Assembly: GCA_965235115.1 (NCBI GenBank)
Contig: OZ249439.1
Coordinates: 18,104,001-18,168,000 of the forward strand
DNA length: 64,000 bases
Source: Laetmonice hystrix
Taxonomy: Eukaryota
Reading direction: 5' to 3'
The translations under genes and the position numbers were made by a program. The notes below the pieces were generated by a model. The model worked only from the letters and a program-made list of their open reading frames with translations. It ran no database searches and had not been told where the DNA came from. Of this stretch, positions 1-12,069 are shown piece by piece (position 1 is the first letter of the stretch; each line of letters opens with the position of its first letter).

Positions 1-829
1 GACTCCGAGAGAAGGCTGAAAAATGACCTAAATAAACATTTAACAAACGTGTGGATATCTCTACACCTAGCCCATCTTTATGAAATTTAAATATGTTATA
101 CAGAACCTGAAGGCTGTTGGTACCTATAGCATTGGGCCGCCATAGGGCCAATATCGATTCGGTGCGCTCTTTGCTCCAAGTGTTCATGATTTAATGCATA
201 ATATTTAGGGGGCCTACCATTGTAGGCCTAGTTTATATAAATTAGCATAGGGGAACCGTCATGCAATATGTCTATTATTGCATGTATGTGCATGCCCCAC
301 CTATACCATGCAGGCTAAGGAATAGTTTAAAGGGGCATACGTTATTATTAATTTCCAATTCCAGTTTTTGCGGGCCCCAATATTTACAGTTACACCGTCC
401 AGACAGTGCTATCTGGTGGCGCAACTGTAAATATTGGAGCCCGCAAAAACTATTTGGAACTGCCTTGTTTTCTCCATTATCCGTTCACTGTTTGACGCCA
501 AATTTTCACATGATGTAGCCAAGGAGGGAAGGTAACTTTTTAATTTTTTTCGGGAATAACAGATGCCCCTTTAATATGGGAATGAGTGAAATGAAGGAAA
601 TCCTCGTATACCCAGTCCAATTATGTCTACCAAAGTTAGGTTCACTGTAGTGTATAAGACGGGCCCCTGACGGCTGTGAAAATCCATAAAATCCTCCATG
701 TCCCTTCAACATCACCTCCAGTCCAGGTGAACTCGCTAGTGCAGCAGCCCATGCCATGCCCGCGCCGAGCATGAGGCCGAATGCTAGTGCTATTTTTAGT
801 GACAGCGACGTGAGCATGAACATGGTTAG

Positions 830-1035
830 CAGTGATTTTGCCAGACCAAAATAGGACAAATGTCCTGAACACCCCCAGAGGCAGAGCTATAGGACATTTC
901 AGGTTATAGGACAAAAATTGCACGTCAACGAGGTGGAGTAAAATCCATTATAATCATGTACAAATCATTTTTATCCCCAATCCTCCATCTGAAAATCCAG
1001 TGTGGCTTATCCACGGGGACAAGCAAAAATCACCG
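830..1035. mobile_element. possible small hAT-like MITE
   Basis: Imperfect terminal inverted repeats CAGTGATTTT (830) / AAAATCACCG (to 1035) and several internal (A/G)GGACA motifs. No matching 8-bp TSD found. Confidence 0.3.
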
Positions 1036-2146
1036 CATCGGAATGGTCGACTGTAGTACCAGTCCACTTAGCCTATGTAATTGGCCCCGTCTTCCCAGCG
1101 GTAAGGCCTCATAGCCACTTAGACTCAGAATGGACACATTGACTGACCATCTAGGCCTAGTGCTTTGTTTGCAAACTAAAGTTTCCCGCCAGAATTCTTC
1201 CAGAGCACGTGGCAGTTTAGAAGTCTTTGGTAATAGCTAAAGGCCAGTGCATGGCTACAGAAGGAAGCATGAAACCTTGTTGACCCACCTCCAACCCACC
1301 CAGTCACTGACCACTCACCATGGGGATGGGGGAGGGGTGTTGGGTGGGTGCATGTTGGTGATAAGCACCAAGCTGCAGTTTCTTGTGTAAACATTAACAC
1401 CACTTGGGCAACCTGCGGTGGCCTGAGGAAGGCACGCGGGTGGGGGTGGGGGTGGGGGGGGGGGGCTTAGCCGGCACCCTTTTGTTTTACTTGAGTCGGC
1501 CTCTCAGTCGTCTAGAAGCGGCGGGCGGGCGGGAGTGCCAGTGTGGCTACCGGGGCAGTGATAGCGACAGGCCGCCGGGCCAGAGGCCGAGTGATCGGTC
1601 AGATGCCCGGGCGGGCGCGATTTCGATCGGACATTAAATACTCACAGCACTTGAAAATTAGGAATGTTTGAGCACAGGTCTAGAATTGTCTGTGACTTAT
1701 GTTCGACGAACGTTGAATGTCAGTCTTGAGTCGAGACCGATACTGGCGATAGGCATGTCAGCATGGTCAGTGTCAATGGAAATGCGCACGTGTCATTTAT
1801 GTAAATCTTGACATAATTTGGGAGTGCCTGTATATATGGGTAGATGGCAGGTAATAGTGCCTATATACGTAATGCACAAATTTCCTTTCAAATAATAACT
1901 CGTTTAACCTTAACGAACACACAGCGATATAGAAAGGTATAATAAATTCAGGAACAAACTCGTGTCTGATACGTTAACCGGTATCGGACTGGTATATTTT
2001 GGCATATATTTTCATCGATATAAGAATCAGTTTTTAAAAATTTAATAATGGCAGCCCCTACTTTTATTACTGCCGATTAGATTAGGTACCCAGCACGGTT
2101 CCTTACTTGCTGGGACGGACTATATAGACGGCAATATTTTTTAGCA

Positions 2147-2500
2147 AGTGCGTGAGTCTCAGCCCCTCCAGTCTGCCAGATCCCGGCAGTCCAACAGGTC
2201 CCTCGAGCCCACCAGGTCCCTCCAGTGCATGAGTGTGACGTCCTGCAGTCTGTCAGATCCCTCCAGTACGTGAGTCTCAGGTCCCTCGATTCCACTAGGT
2301 CCCTCCAGTGCGTGAGTGTGACGTCCCCCCAGTCCGCCAGGTCCCTCCAGTGCATGAGTGTGACGTCCCTCCAGTCTGTCAGGTCACTCTAGTGCATGAG
2401 TGTGACGTCCCTCTAGTCCGCCAGGTCCCTCCAGTGCGTGAGTCTCAGCCCCTCCAGTCTGCCAGATCCCTGCAGTCCCACAGGTCCCTTGAGCTCCACC
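2147..2500. repeat. complex minisatellite, about 42-bp unit built from 18- and 24-bp subunits
   Basis: Repeated GTCCCTCCAGTGCATGAGTGTGAC / GTCCCTCCAGTCTGCCAG. The first (~2147-2215) and last (~2437-2500) blocks are near-identical. Confidence 0.85.
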
Positions 2501-3694
2501 ACGTCCAGACATCCACTTATATATTTATATATTGGAAGTGGCAAAATTTATTAGAAAAATATAAAACTATCAAATTATAGATTTGAGACTCAGCAAGTGA
2601 ACGGTTAAAGTGGGCGTTTTGCCTCAGATGACCTCTTCAAACTAAAATAGCGAAAGCATCACACGTGTATAATTATATTCCGATGATCCCCCACGAGACA
2701 CTTGACATTGCTACTGATATATTCTGATTGGAAGATTTTACCAGTAGGTTCTAGAGATTTACCAGCAGGTGTATGGGCAGTAGACACATTCTAGACAGTT
2801 CACCGGGTGCATCATATTTTTTTTAAGGATGGGCGTTTTACCCCGACTGGGCGTCTTGCCCCGGGTTACCCTAATGTTTTGGCGGGGTAGCTAGGCCCAT
2901 CTCGAAATTTGTTAGGACAAAAGAAATGCCTAAGTTATAATGATTGTGTCTTCCCTCATACAGGTGACTGCCTCTCAATCACTTCACTGTACTCACTCGC
3001 ACTCCTACAAAACCATCTAAGATCTAGGCCTACAAGTATCCCCAAGGTAAGTTTAGAAAAACTATGTGAATGTAAGTAGATTAAAGTCCCTTGTGTTGTT
3101 GCCTGGCTACTAAAATGGCGCGTGATGGGTAGTATGCTGGCATAATCTAGTAATGATATGCGGGAAATAAGCGGCGACTGGCTTACTTCCGAATATTTCC
3201 GCATAGCGAGTATTCGGGGTGTAAGCGGGGAGTATGCGGTGTAGAATAGGTGTGATCGCCTACGCCCGCCGACCTGCGCCCGAATACGGCTCCGGGCTGG
3301 TATGTGGTGTGGTATTCAGCAGCCGGATACCTCAGATACGGTGGTGTTGACGACGACCACATCTAGTGGATCATGGGCCAGTCGTATTGTGTGTGCATGC
3401 ATAATAGCTAGCAGATAATATGATGGACCTATTAATGTTGTAAAATTGTTAATTTATATAGTGCATTTGAAAGAATTGAAAGTGCAGTTTCAGTGGTATA
3501 TTACTAATAATACGCTAGAATAGATGTAGGCCATTTGATAGTGAGTGGTATGTTTAAAAAAAAAATGTATTTTAGGTCCAAGTAACAAAAATTACATTTC
3601 GAAATGATATTGTGGAATGATATCTTGAAAAAAATATTATGAGAGTTCTGCATATTTAAATATTTAATGTGATCAATTTTGCAAAACGACAATA

Positions 3695-5737
3695 GTGCAC
3701 ATGTATTTTTGTAGAATGGAAGAATATAGAAGGAGGAGAAAAGAATATAAGCGCAAATGGATGGCAGCTAAAAGAGCTAATGACAGAAAAAGGAAAATGG
3801 AAGAGGCTGAAAATAGTAGCACTGATGACAGCAGTTGTGATGAGGAAGCACCAGTGCCTGAAAACAATGAATTCCCAGAGCCTCCAGTTGATGCACAAGT
3901 GATGTGTGACAGTCACAATAGTTCACACGGCAATTCAGATGATAATAAAGACTTAGACGCTTGTTATGATCTGACAGTTGAACATGCAGATGAGGAGTAT
4001 GAATGGACATGGGACATGATTGACATGCATATGGTTCTTTCATCTGACTCAGAAGATGAGTTAAATGCTGCAGCGGGTTCCTCATTGAGAGCTAATTTAT
4101 CAGAGTGGGCGACAGAATTTGGCATCAGACACAATGCTGTGGATAAGCTTTTGAAGATCCTTAAATCATCAGGATGTACTTCAAATTTACCTGTGACAGC
4201 TCGCACCCTCTTGAATACGGCCAGAGAAATAGAGACAGATACAAAGTCTGGCATGGAATATGTGTATTTAGGATTACAATCGGAAGTAAGAAAAGCCTTG
4301 GGTGCTTTTGACCAGACCAAAGTGAACAATCTTGAGGAACTAAAATTGGCCTTCAATATTGATGGTGTACCTATCTTCAAAAGCAGCAAGAGCTCCTTGT
4401 GGCCAATACTTTGTACAGTAAAATACTTGGAACCTCTGTCGGTTTTTCCAGTGGCATTGACATATGGCAGCTCCAAACCCAATGACCTTGAATTTTTAGA
4501 GGATATGGTACGAGATCTGAACAACCTTATGGAGAATGGGCTACAATATGAGGAGAAGTTATACCCCGTCAGTGTCAGTTGTGTCGTTTGTGATGCCCCT
4601 GCAAAGGCAATGGTGAAATCGATCAAACTTTACTCAGGATATTATGGTTGCGATAGATGTTCCCAAGAAGGTGTGTACTTAGGCAGAATTACCTATCAAG
4701 AAATACATGATTTAGAGCTAAGGACAGATGCCTCTTTCCGTAATCAAACCAATCAGCAACACCACCACAATATATCCCCATTAACTTACTTGCCAATAGA
4801 CATGGTCAAGGATTTCCCAGTCGACTACATGCACCAGGTGTGCTTAGGTGTCCAGAAGCGGTGTTTACTGGCATGGATCAGAGGCAAGAAAGAAGTTAGA
4901 ATATCTTCCACTCAAGTACAGGAAATAAGCGAAAGGCTGTTGAGTTTGCAGCATTGGATCCCAAACATTTTTGCAAGGAAGCCACGTGGTCTGGACGAGA
5001 TCGACCGATGGAAGGCGACTGAACATCGCCAGTTTTTGCTGTATACGGGCAAAATTGTTCTGAAGGGAATTTTGTCTGACGATATGTACAACCATTTCCT
5101 TGGGCTGAGTGTAGCTGTATGTATCTTGGTGTCACCAAAACTGGTCCAACTCCATAGCCAGTATGCAAATGATCTTCTGCAATATTATGTGGATAAAAGT
5201 AGAGAACTATACGGAAGAGAGTTCCTTGTATATAATGTTCACAGCCTCCTTCATCTTACAGCAGATGCTCTGGAGTTTGGATGTTTAGACAACTGCTCTG
5301 GGTTCCCATTTGAGAACTATAACCAGACGTTAAAGAGAATGGTACATTCATCAAGGAGTCCACTAGTACAAATAGTTAAACGAATACAAGAAGCACAGCA
5401 GGTACAAACTTCCAAGCGTCCCCGTCATCATGATACACTTTCTTACAAAAGACCAAACAATGTGTATGTACTTGGCAAAACCACTTGCTGTGAAGTAGTG
5501 GAGGACTCCAGACAAACAGATGAAGATGGTGACAAACTACACTTGTGCAGAGTGTACCATCAAGGAGAACCACTTTTCAGGTCACCTTGTGATTCTACCC
5601 TTATCGGAGTATTTGTTGTAAACAAACGGGTTACCCAGATGAAGATGCTCGCCTCAAAGGTTCTGACATCCAGGGCACTACTTGCCCCTTACAAGCAAGG
5701 GAAGCTTGTATGCATGACAATTCTCCATCAATTGTAG
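3695..5737 (+). CDS. CMC/EnSpm (CACTA-type) DDE transposase, intact ORF
   Basis: 680-aa ORF with motifs typical of animal EnSpm transposases: FNIDGVPIFKSSKSSLWPIL (first D), CDAPAKAMVK..YSGYYGCDRC (second D plus CxxC), DYMHQVCLG, YNVHSLLHL and FPFENY (catalytic E). A splice acceptor (TTTTTGTAG, ~3715) just before ATG 3716 suggests the real start is 3716 or an upstream exon. Confidence 0.93.
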   Translation: MHMYFCRMEEYRRRRKEYKRKWMAAKRANDRKRKMEEAENSSTDDSSCDEEAPVPENNEFPEPPVDAQVMCDSHNSSHGNSDDNKDLDACYDLTVEHADEEYEWTWDMIDMHMVLSSDSEDELNAAAGSSLRANLSEWATEFGIRHNAVDKLLKILKSSGCTSNLPVTARTLLNTAREIETDTKSGMEYVYLGLQSEVRKALGAFDQTKVNNLEELKLAFNIDGVPIFKSSKSSLWPILCTVKYLEPLSVFPVALTYGSSKPNDLEFLEDMVRDLNNLMENGLQYEEKLYPVSVSCVVCDAPAKAMVKSIKLYSGYYGCDRCSQEGVYLGRITYQEIHDLELRTDASFRNQTNQQHHHNISPLTYLPIDMVKDFPVDYMHQVCLGVQKRCLLAWIRGKKEVRISSTQVQEISERLLSLQHWIPNIFARKPRGLDEIDRWKATEHRQFLLYTGKIVLKGILSDDMYNHFLGLSVAVCILVSPKLVQLHSQYANDLLQYYVDKSRELYGREFLVYNVHSLLHLTADALEFGCLDNCSGFPFENYNQTLKRMVHSSRSPLVQIVKRIQEAQQVQTSKRPRHHDTLSYKRPNNVYVLGKTTCCEVVEDSRQTDEDGDKLHLCRVYHQGEPLFRSPCDSTLIGVFVVNKRVTQMKMLASKVLTSRALLAPYKQGKLVCMTILHQL

Positions 5738-5764
5738 GTACGTTTTAGACTTAAACATGGCGTG

Positions 5765-5872
5765 TCATGCGCGGATCCAGCTCGGCGCCAACTCGGGGGG
5801 GGGGGGGGGTCTAAGCAAATCCCTGGGGGGGGGGGGGGGGCGCGGCCGGGGGGTTGCGGACAGTTTTAATGG
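5765..5872 (+). mobile_element. short MITE-like repeat, copy 1 (truncated)
   Basis: TCATGCGCGGATCCAGCTCGGCGCCAAC..G-runs..GTTGCGGACAGTTTTAATGG is the reverse complement of 8929-9031. Confidence 0.75.
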
Positions 5873-6199
5873 TGAAAAGCATAAGTATTGCTGTATTGTA
5901 TTACCCAGTAAGTGACAACTTATATAATATAAGAGAAAAGGCATGTGTTGAAACAGTTGGCTTGTAATAATCTAACTTAGAGATAAGGAAAAATGCTAAC
6001 AATTTAAATTTGATATTCTATGTATGGTATTATTTACTAGCATATCACCTGTGGTTTGTCCATGTTTATGAAAAAATATTATAATATCAGGGTTGAGGAA
6101 AAAATGTTACTGTTAATATTATTATACAGTAGTTTTTAAAAGTCTTATGATGATGTGAAAACAATATAAAAAAGAATCCTGTGGTTCCCAAGAAAAAAG

Positions 6200-6292
6200 G
6201 CCTCTCCATAAAGTCAGTGAATTTTGAAAACTTATACGAGTGGCGACCCTGATTTTAGCTCTGCAGCTTGCTGGTAGATGAACAGTGGAAGC
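6200..6292. repeat. hAT-MITE-like end plus flank, duplicated at 9505-9611
   Basis: AAGTCAGTGAATTTTGA...GTGGCGACCCTG, then ATTTTAGCTCTGCAGCTTGCTGGTAGATGAACAGTGGAAGC (6252-6292), which matches 9571-9611 at 37/41. Confidence 0.5.
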
Positions 6293-6436
6293 TTCAAAAT
6301 GATGAGCTAGCTGCATTAATTAAAAAACATTTCATCAGGCAGTATATTATAATACACCTTTGTAGACATTAATTGTTTTTTTTATTGCCAGTAAGCACTA
6401 TAATTATCACTATAATTATAATCATAATTATTTCAG

Positions 6437-9400
6437 ATGGATGAACTAGTGAAAGGTCTTCAGTACATTGTAGTGGAATTCCAAGACCTATCTGTTGAAG
6501 TTGCTCACAGAACTTGGATTTTGAAGGAGAACGAGGTAAAACTCTTTCTTTATTTGTTGTCCCTCTCAATTATTATAAGATACTGAGGATAAATTTATAT
6601 AAAATTATAGTGTTGCTTTTCATTATTTATTCATAAAAATCAAATCTTTAAGACTTGCACACAGATTAAATAATGTAGCAAACTTTATTGCTTTTTACAG
6701 GCAACCTATGTATATTTTCCTCATGAAATGTGGCAAAAAAAAGCGCAAAATCGAGATCTGCCAGACAAGGAGCTCTGGGGGAAATTTGAAGTCAAGATGT
6801 TGTCATGCACAGGTATGTACATGTACTACTATTTCACATTGAGACAGTGCAGCTACCCGGGGTATATTTCATCAGTGCAGATAGGTTACAGAATGACATT
6901 CTTAAGTTACAAATTATTTAACTGTTTTTATTTATTGTAATATATTTTTATTTTGTATAATAAATCAGAACCCCATTATATATCTGACGTAATATGGATA
7001 ATACGGTATTTAAACCTGATGCAGCAACAAGAATTATTATAATGAATGTTTTCCCTTGATCTCTTCTAGATTCTTGGGAGCAGGCAATTCGTCGCTGTGA
7101 CAGGGCGTTACACACTGACAACATAGAAACAGATGACTACACCTGTTCCAACAAAAAGAGAAAGTCAAGGACACCGGCAAGATATGGGTCAGATGGTGAT
7201 GAGCATGAAGCAGCTCGTGGTAAGCATTTTACCCAAAAGAGTCTTACTTGTTTCCTGAATTAAAACCAGTTACTTCAAAAGAGTTATTTTATATTGAAGA
7301 TACAGTAATACTAACCAAGCTATTTTCAGGAAAACTTTTCCTATATTTATTATGTACATGTACTGTTATGTATTCAAATTTTATTTCCAGAACCATCAAC
7401 AAAACAACGTAAACAGGATAAATCTAAACCTGTGCATGAAGGGCAACATTGCACAACACCGTTACCAGTTCCTCCACCAGGGTATAAACAAGGTCTGCCA
7501 TATTTAACTTTGGTTGTAACTCTGGTGATCAATATTACTTCTGTTAATCTAATCTTGCACACAGATATAACAATATCATACGGATACTGGTATTATCTGT
7601 GTAAACTAATTAGTATTCAGGTCCAAATTGAGCTATTGTCTGAAATGCAGGCATGAAAACCAAGCACTGCAACTGTAACAAATAATAAACCAGCTACAAA
7701 GTTCAAACTATAACCTAAAATAATAAGCATGACATATTGTCAAACAACATAATTTCTATATATTGTGCCAGCAAAATGTATTTTTCTGTTGTATGTTTCC
7801 AGGACCAACAAAGATGCAAATGTCCAAGACACGTAAGCCACAACAAACTACCGGTACCCCACCTGGATGTTCACAAGAGCAATCAATGCCCCTCAGTGAA
7901 AATGGATGTTCACAAGAGCAATCAATGCCCCTCAGTGAAAATGGTATGGCTATTTAAAAATATAGAATCATCATAGAAATAAAAATTACTGTACTACATG
8001 TAATATAACGTCAAGGGTGTTTTTATTATCGTTTGATAAAGATATAAAACAGGTGACACAATACCGTCTTGCTTTATACAACTCATGGAAACTTATCTTG
8101 TGGTTGATTACCGAACCAGGAGTAATGGAAGCTATGGAGAGCCTAAGGGAAACCCTCATCAGCGACGTAGTATCAGTCACGCCTCAGACTGCCTTTGCAA
8201 CTGGTAAGTTGGAATATTTTGTCACTGCCTCAAGTACCCGATTTTGATATGTAAAATAACTTCAGCCTAAATGTTCATACATATAAGAATATCACCAAAA
8301 AATTTAGAGACCATTTGACACTAATTCAGTACATCTCGTCTGCTCTAGTGCACAAAACTTATAATGTATGCAGCAATCATTATGTATGCACCATTATTAT
8401 TTTGGACTTTAATTGCAAATAATGAAGAATATCCCAGTAATGTCCTACATTTTCATTTTTTTTACATTTTAATTCTAGGCTCTTCACTTTCTTCACCAAG
8501 AACACCATGTCACACCAGATACACAGGTAGGTTAAAAGAAATTGTGACCTGCTTCAGCAAATCTTGTCTGCTCTAGTGCAGATAACTTCAAATGTATGCA
8601 GGAATGATTATGTGTGCACCCATGTTTGGAGTATTGTAGTATGCATTTGTTGATTTCAGGTTTTCAGGCTGAGGTCCTGGCCAACCAAGCAGAGATGGCA
8701 AGTAAATTAGACAAGATTATAGCTCTGCTGAAGGGAAAAGAGGAGGAGAAGCTTCATATGTTGGATGACATCATGCCTGACGCACTCTCCACACCTGAAC
8801 AACTAGAGAGGATGGGCGAAAGGTTGAAGGAGGACCCACTTTATAAAAAGAGAGTGGTATGTTTTGAACCGTAATTTTGTAATTTTACAAAACAATCAGT
8901 ATAGATCTAGTAGCGGATCTCGGGGGGCCCATTAAAACTGTCCGCAACCCCACGACCGACCCCCCCCCCCCCCGGCAGGGATTTGCCTAGACCCCCTCCC
9001 CCCGTTGGCGCCGAGCTGGATCCGCGCCTGAGAGCCTGGCTAATATACACATAGAATGTCACTGCAAAGCAACAAGGATTCATACGAGATTTATTTGGAT
9101 TAGGAGAAATAATATTTTTATCAGTATCCTGATTTTAAAATTTAGTTTATTACCTCCGCCAAGGAGATTATGTTTTGCCCGGCGTTTGTTTGTTCGTTTT
9201 TCTGTCTGTCTGTTAGCAACTTCACATAAAAACTACTGATCAGGTATTCATGATAATTTATCTAGGTTTGAAATAATTCATTACATGTGGTATAATTTAA
9301 TCCTTAACATATGACATTGTAACTATTTCAGACTCAACTCTTCAGTGAGCTGGCAGGCAGCAACATTGGCGACACCGTCCGAAGGATTTTACGTAAAGTC

Positions 9401-10944
9401 GGAACAAATGGACTCTGGTCCAAATACAACCTGAAGGGCCGGAAGGATAAACTGCCATTTGCGGCCTCCCCTGTATACAGAATTGTCAGAAGTACGTATA
9501 TTTTCAGGTTGCCACTGGTCAGGGAAAAGTCAGGGAAATTCAAGGTCAGGGAAAAGTCCGTGAATTCTGAATTTTAGCTCTGCAGCTTTCTGTTAGATGG
9601 ACAGTGGAGGCTAATTCAAAGCAATACTTTAAAAGCCTACACATGCATTTACATAAATAGGAAGAGATATTCCTAATGGTGTTTTACTTGTAATGATTAT
9701 CTGCTTCACTGAGGATTGATATGATAGGTTTTAAAGCTACATTCTTGTTTTGAAGAGAAATACTGGTTTCTATTGACTGTTACTTTTGCATTGAAATGGC
9801 CTGTTACATAGAAACTTTCATACACAATAAGCATTAAAATATATATGTATTTCTTGTTACTAGGAGCCGCCAGAAAGATTCACAAGAGTTTCAGTGAGGC
9901 GGAATTGGAAGAAAAAGTAGCCACACTACTAAAGAATGCCCCCAATCAGAAGGGAGGATACCGTTTTCAGGTACGTTATTGAAAAGTATAGATAGAAAAT
10001 CAGTGCTACCATCCTATCACTCCACTCTGTTATCTTCTCCATCCTCCTACTTATGTACAGAACTGAAGATAATGTTAAATGAAATAAACCTTATTAAAGA
10101 AGATCAATATCACAGTCAAAATTTACTAACTTTTAATTGCAAATCTGATGATCCTGGCCATGACTTAAAACAATGGTTATAAATGATGGATCAGGGAAAC
10201 TGCAAGGGGTTATCAAGGATGACTGTGACATTACATGTCACATACCCTGGTAGATTTCAAAAAGCATTAAGGTATTGTTTTAATTTAAGACAGAAAGTGT
10301 TTGCGTCCATCTCAATCATACTTTAAACAAACATAAAAGATCCGATGTAATATCCTTATGTATACCGGTACTTGTCTGCTGAAAATTGGTACAGACAAAT
10401 ATAGGCAGTAATTATATATACATGTACCAACCTAAATATTCAATTATATTTAAATTTTTACGTAAAACAGCTAACTATAATTGTAGAAAATATATAGGCA
10501 GTCAGATTCTTGAAGGCAAAAACTTAAATTTTTGTTTGAAAAATATTTTGGTCACTCAATGTTACCACTGAACCAATTTGTATTTTTTCGCAATGTATTG
10601 TGATATCTTCTAAGATTATTGCATAAGTTACAATCTATAGATTATACAAATTTATAAATGTTCTTATATTACTTTAGAAAGTAAATTTTGAGAGGATTCC
10701 AAAAATATAACCATTTTTAAGATCAGAGTAATACATTTTGAGATATGGTATGAGGTATTGTGTCAGGAAACCTCTATCTGCTTCTGAAGAACTGACCGTT
10801 ACAGTCTGGGACACCTGATCTTGCGTCTTGTGTAATGTTTTTTGTGTTTTTTTTTAACAGACGAAGGCCAGGAACATGCCCGCTTTGGCTGAATGGAACA
10901 ACTCAGCATGCCCTAATGATGTCTCCTCGGAAGAAGATGCCTGA
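6437..10944 (+). CDS. transposon accessory (TnpA-like) protein, 11 exons, 427 aa, DUF4806-like C-terminus
   Basis: Manually spliced exons, all GT-AG and phase-compatible with no internal stop: 6437-6535, 6701-6812, 7070-7219, 7391-7492, 7803-7943, 8120-8203, 8479-8526, 8660-8856, 9332-9491, 9864-9970, 10861-10944 (1284 nt). N-term MDELVKGLQYIVVEFQDLSVEVAHRTWIL..YFP..W. C-term GSNIGDTVRRILRKVGTNGLWSKYNLKGRKDKLPF..ELEEKVATLLKNAP resembles DUF4806 proteins found beside animal EnSpm transposases (needs HMM confirmation). Confidence 0.85.
8910..9031 (-). mobile_element. short MITE-like repeat, copy 2 (in intron 8 of the accessory gene)
   Basis: About 122 bp with imperfect ends AGTAGCGGATC / GATCCGCGCCT; 8929-9031 is the inverted homolog of 5765-5872. 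Confidence 0.75.
9505..9611. repeat. hAT-MITE-like fragment plus duplicated flank
   Basis: CAGGTTGCCACTGGTCAGGGAAAAGTCAGGGAAATTCAAGGTCAGGGAAAAGTCCGTGAATT, followed by the 41-bp segment shared with 6252-6292. Confidence 0.5.
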
Positions 10945-11058
10945 GTGATTTACACAAAGACAGTTCTAGTTTTACCTAGGGGGTCAGGGTGAGATAATAT
11001 AAGGTAGTAATTATACTAGTTGTGAGGGGGGATAGGGGATAGGTCGCTGAATTGTCTT

Positions 11059-11917
11059 TTATACCATGTTGTAGAAGTTTTTAACCATGGTTTTAAACTG
11101 AGGGTACGTTTTGGCTATGCGTATTGTTTGAGGGGATTCGTTCCATAGTCTACTACCTAGGATCTGTGGACATTTACTTGTTTTAGTAAGTCGAAAGCTT
11201 GGGACTTTCAGTACAATATTCTCGGAAAATTGTCTTGTGGTTAGCTGCCTGTTATCAATATATTCCTCGAGATTACTACGCTTAAACATTAAACCCAACA
11301 TGTGTAATTTTCTTCGATCCTTCATGTGAGGAAGGCCCGACATTTCGCGCATTTCTTGGGTGTGAAGAGGATGGTAGTTATAAACACATCTAAGTGCTCT
11401 GTTTTGAAGGGTTTCAATCTTCTTCAACTTACTCTCAGGGAGTAAATAATATATAAAGTCATTGTAGTCAAGTAGTGGGAGTATAGTAGTTTTGTATATA
11501 GCTAATGCAGTATCAGTGTTAATTAGATACCTAATTTTAGCTAAGGTAGCAATTTTGCTGTTAATTGATTTCATTATTTTGTTATATTGCGGTACTCCAG
11601 TGAGGCGTTGATCAAGTATCGTACCTAGATATTTATACTCAGTAACCTTTTGTAGGATATGGTCATCTAGTTTCAGAATGCTGGCTTCGGTATCTTGTGG
11701 GCATTGCTTAAAGGAGAATTCAATATATTCAGTTTTCTTTTTATTCAAGGTTAATTGGTTTACTCGGCACCATTCATTAATAGCTAGTATGTCATTTTGT
11801 AAGTTGTTGTAGGCTAGTTCTCTATCGTGGTGTTTAGCCTGATAGATTACTGTGTCATCACTGATCAGCATAGAGTTGTGTATGGGTGTCTTGAGGATGT
11901 TGAGTTAGATCATTTAT
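11059..11917 (-). mobile_element. non-LTR retrotransposon (L2/Crack/CR1 group) reverse transcriptase 3' fragment
   Basis: INDL..QLYAD[D]TVIY (YADD interrupted by a ~7-bp insertion near 11865), INEWCRVNQLTLNKKKTEYIEF, YKYLGTILD, IYKTTILPLLDY, LQNRALRC. 5'-truncated at ~11917; no tail or TSD recognised. Confidence 0.9.
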
Positions 11918-12069
11918 GGTTTGCCTGTTAATAAAATGGCAGGAGTTTCAGCTCCACGTAAACGCCCAACTCAATTACCTGTCGCTTGTTATGCCTTCAC
12001 GCCTGCATGAATCAATGTGGAATATAAAGGTTTTAATAATGTCATTGTAAGGTTTTCCCAAGATATCAA

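Noticed and set aside
2077-2580. Repeat protein (LEG/WRD or VPPV repeats)
   Set aside because: Some subunits of 17 and 22 nt break the frame, and stops occur in each frame.
3777-5573. Minus-strand ORFs over the transposase
   Set aside because: Antisense shadows of a real CDS with no motifs.
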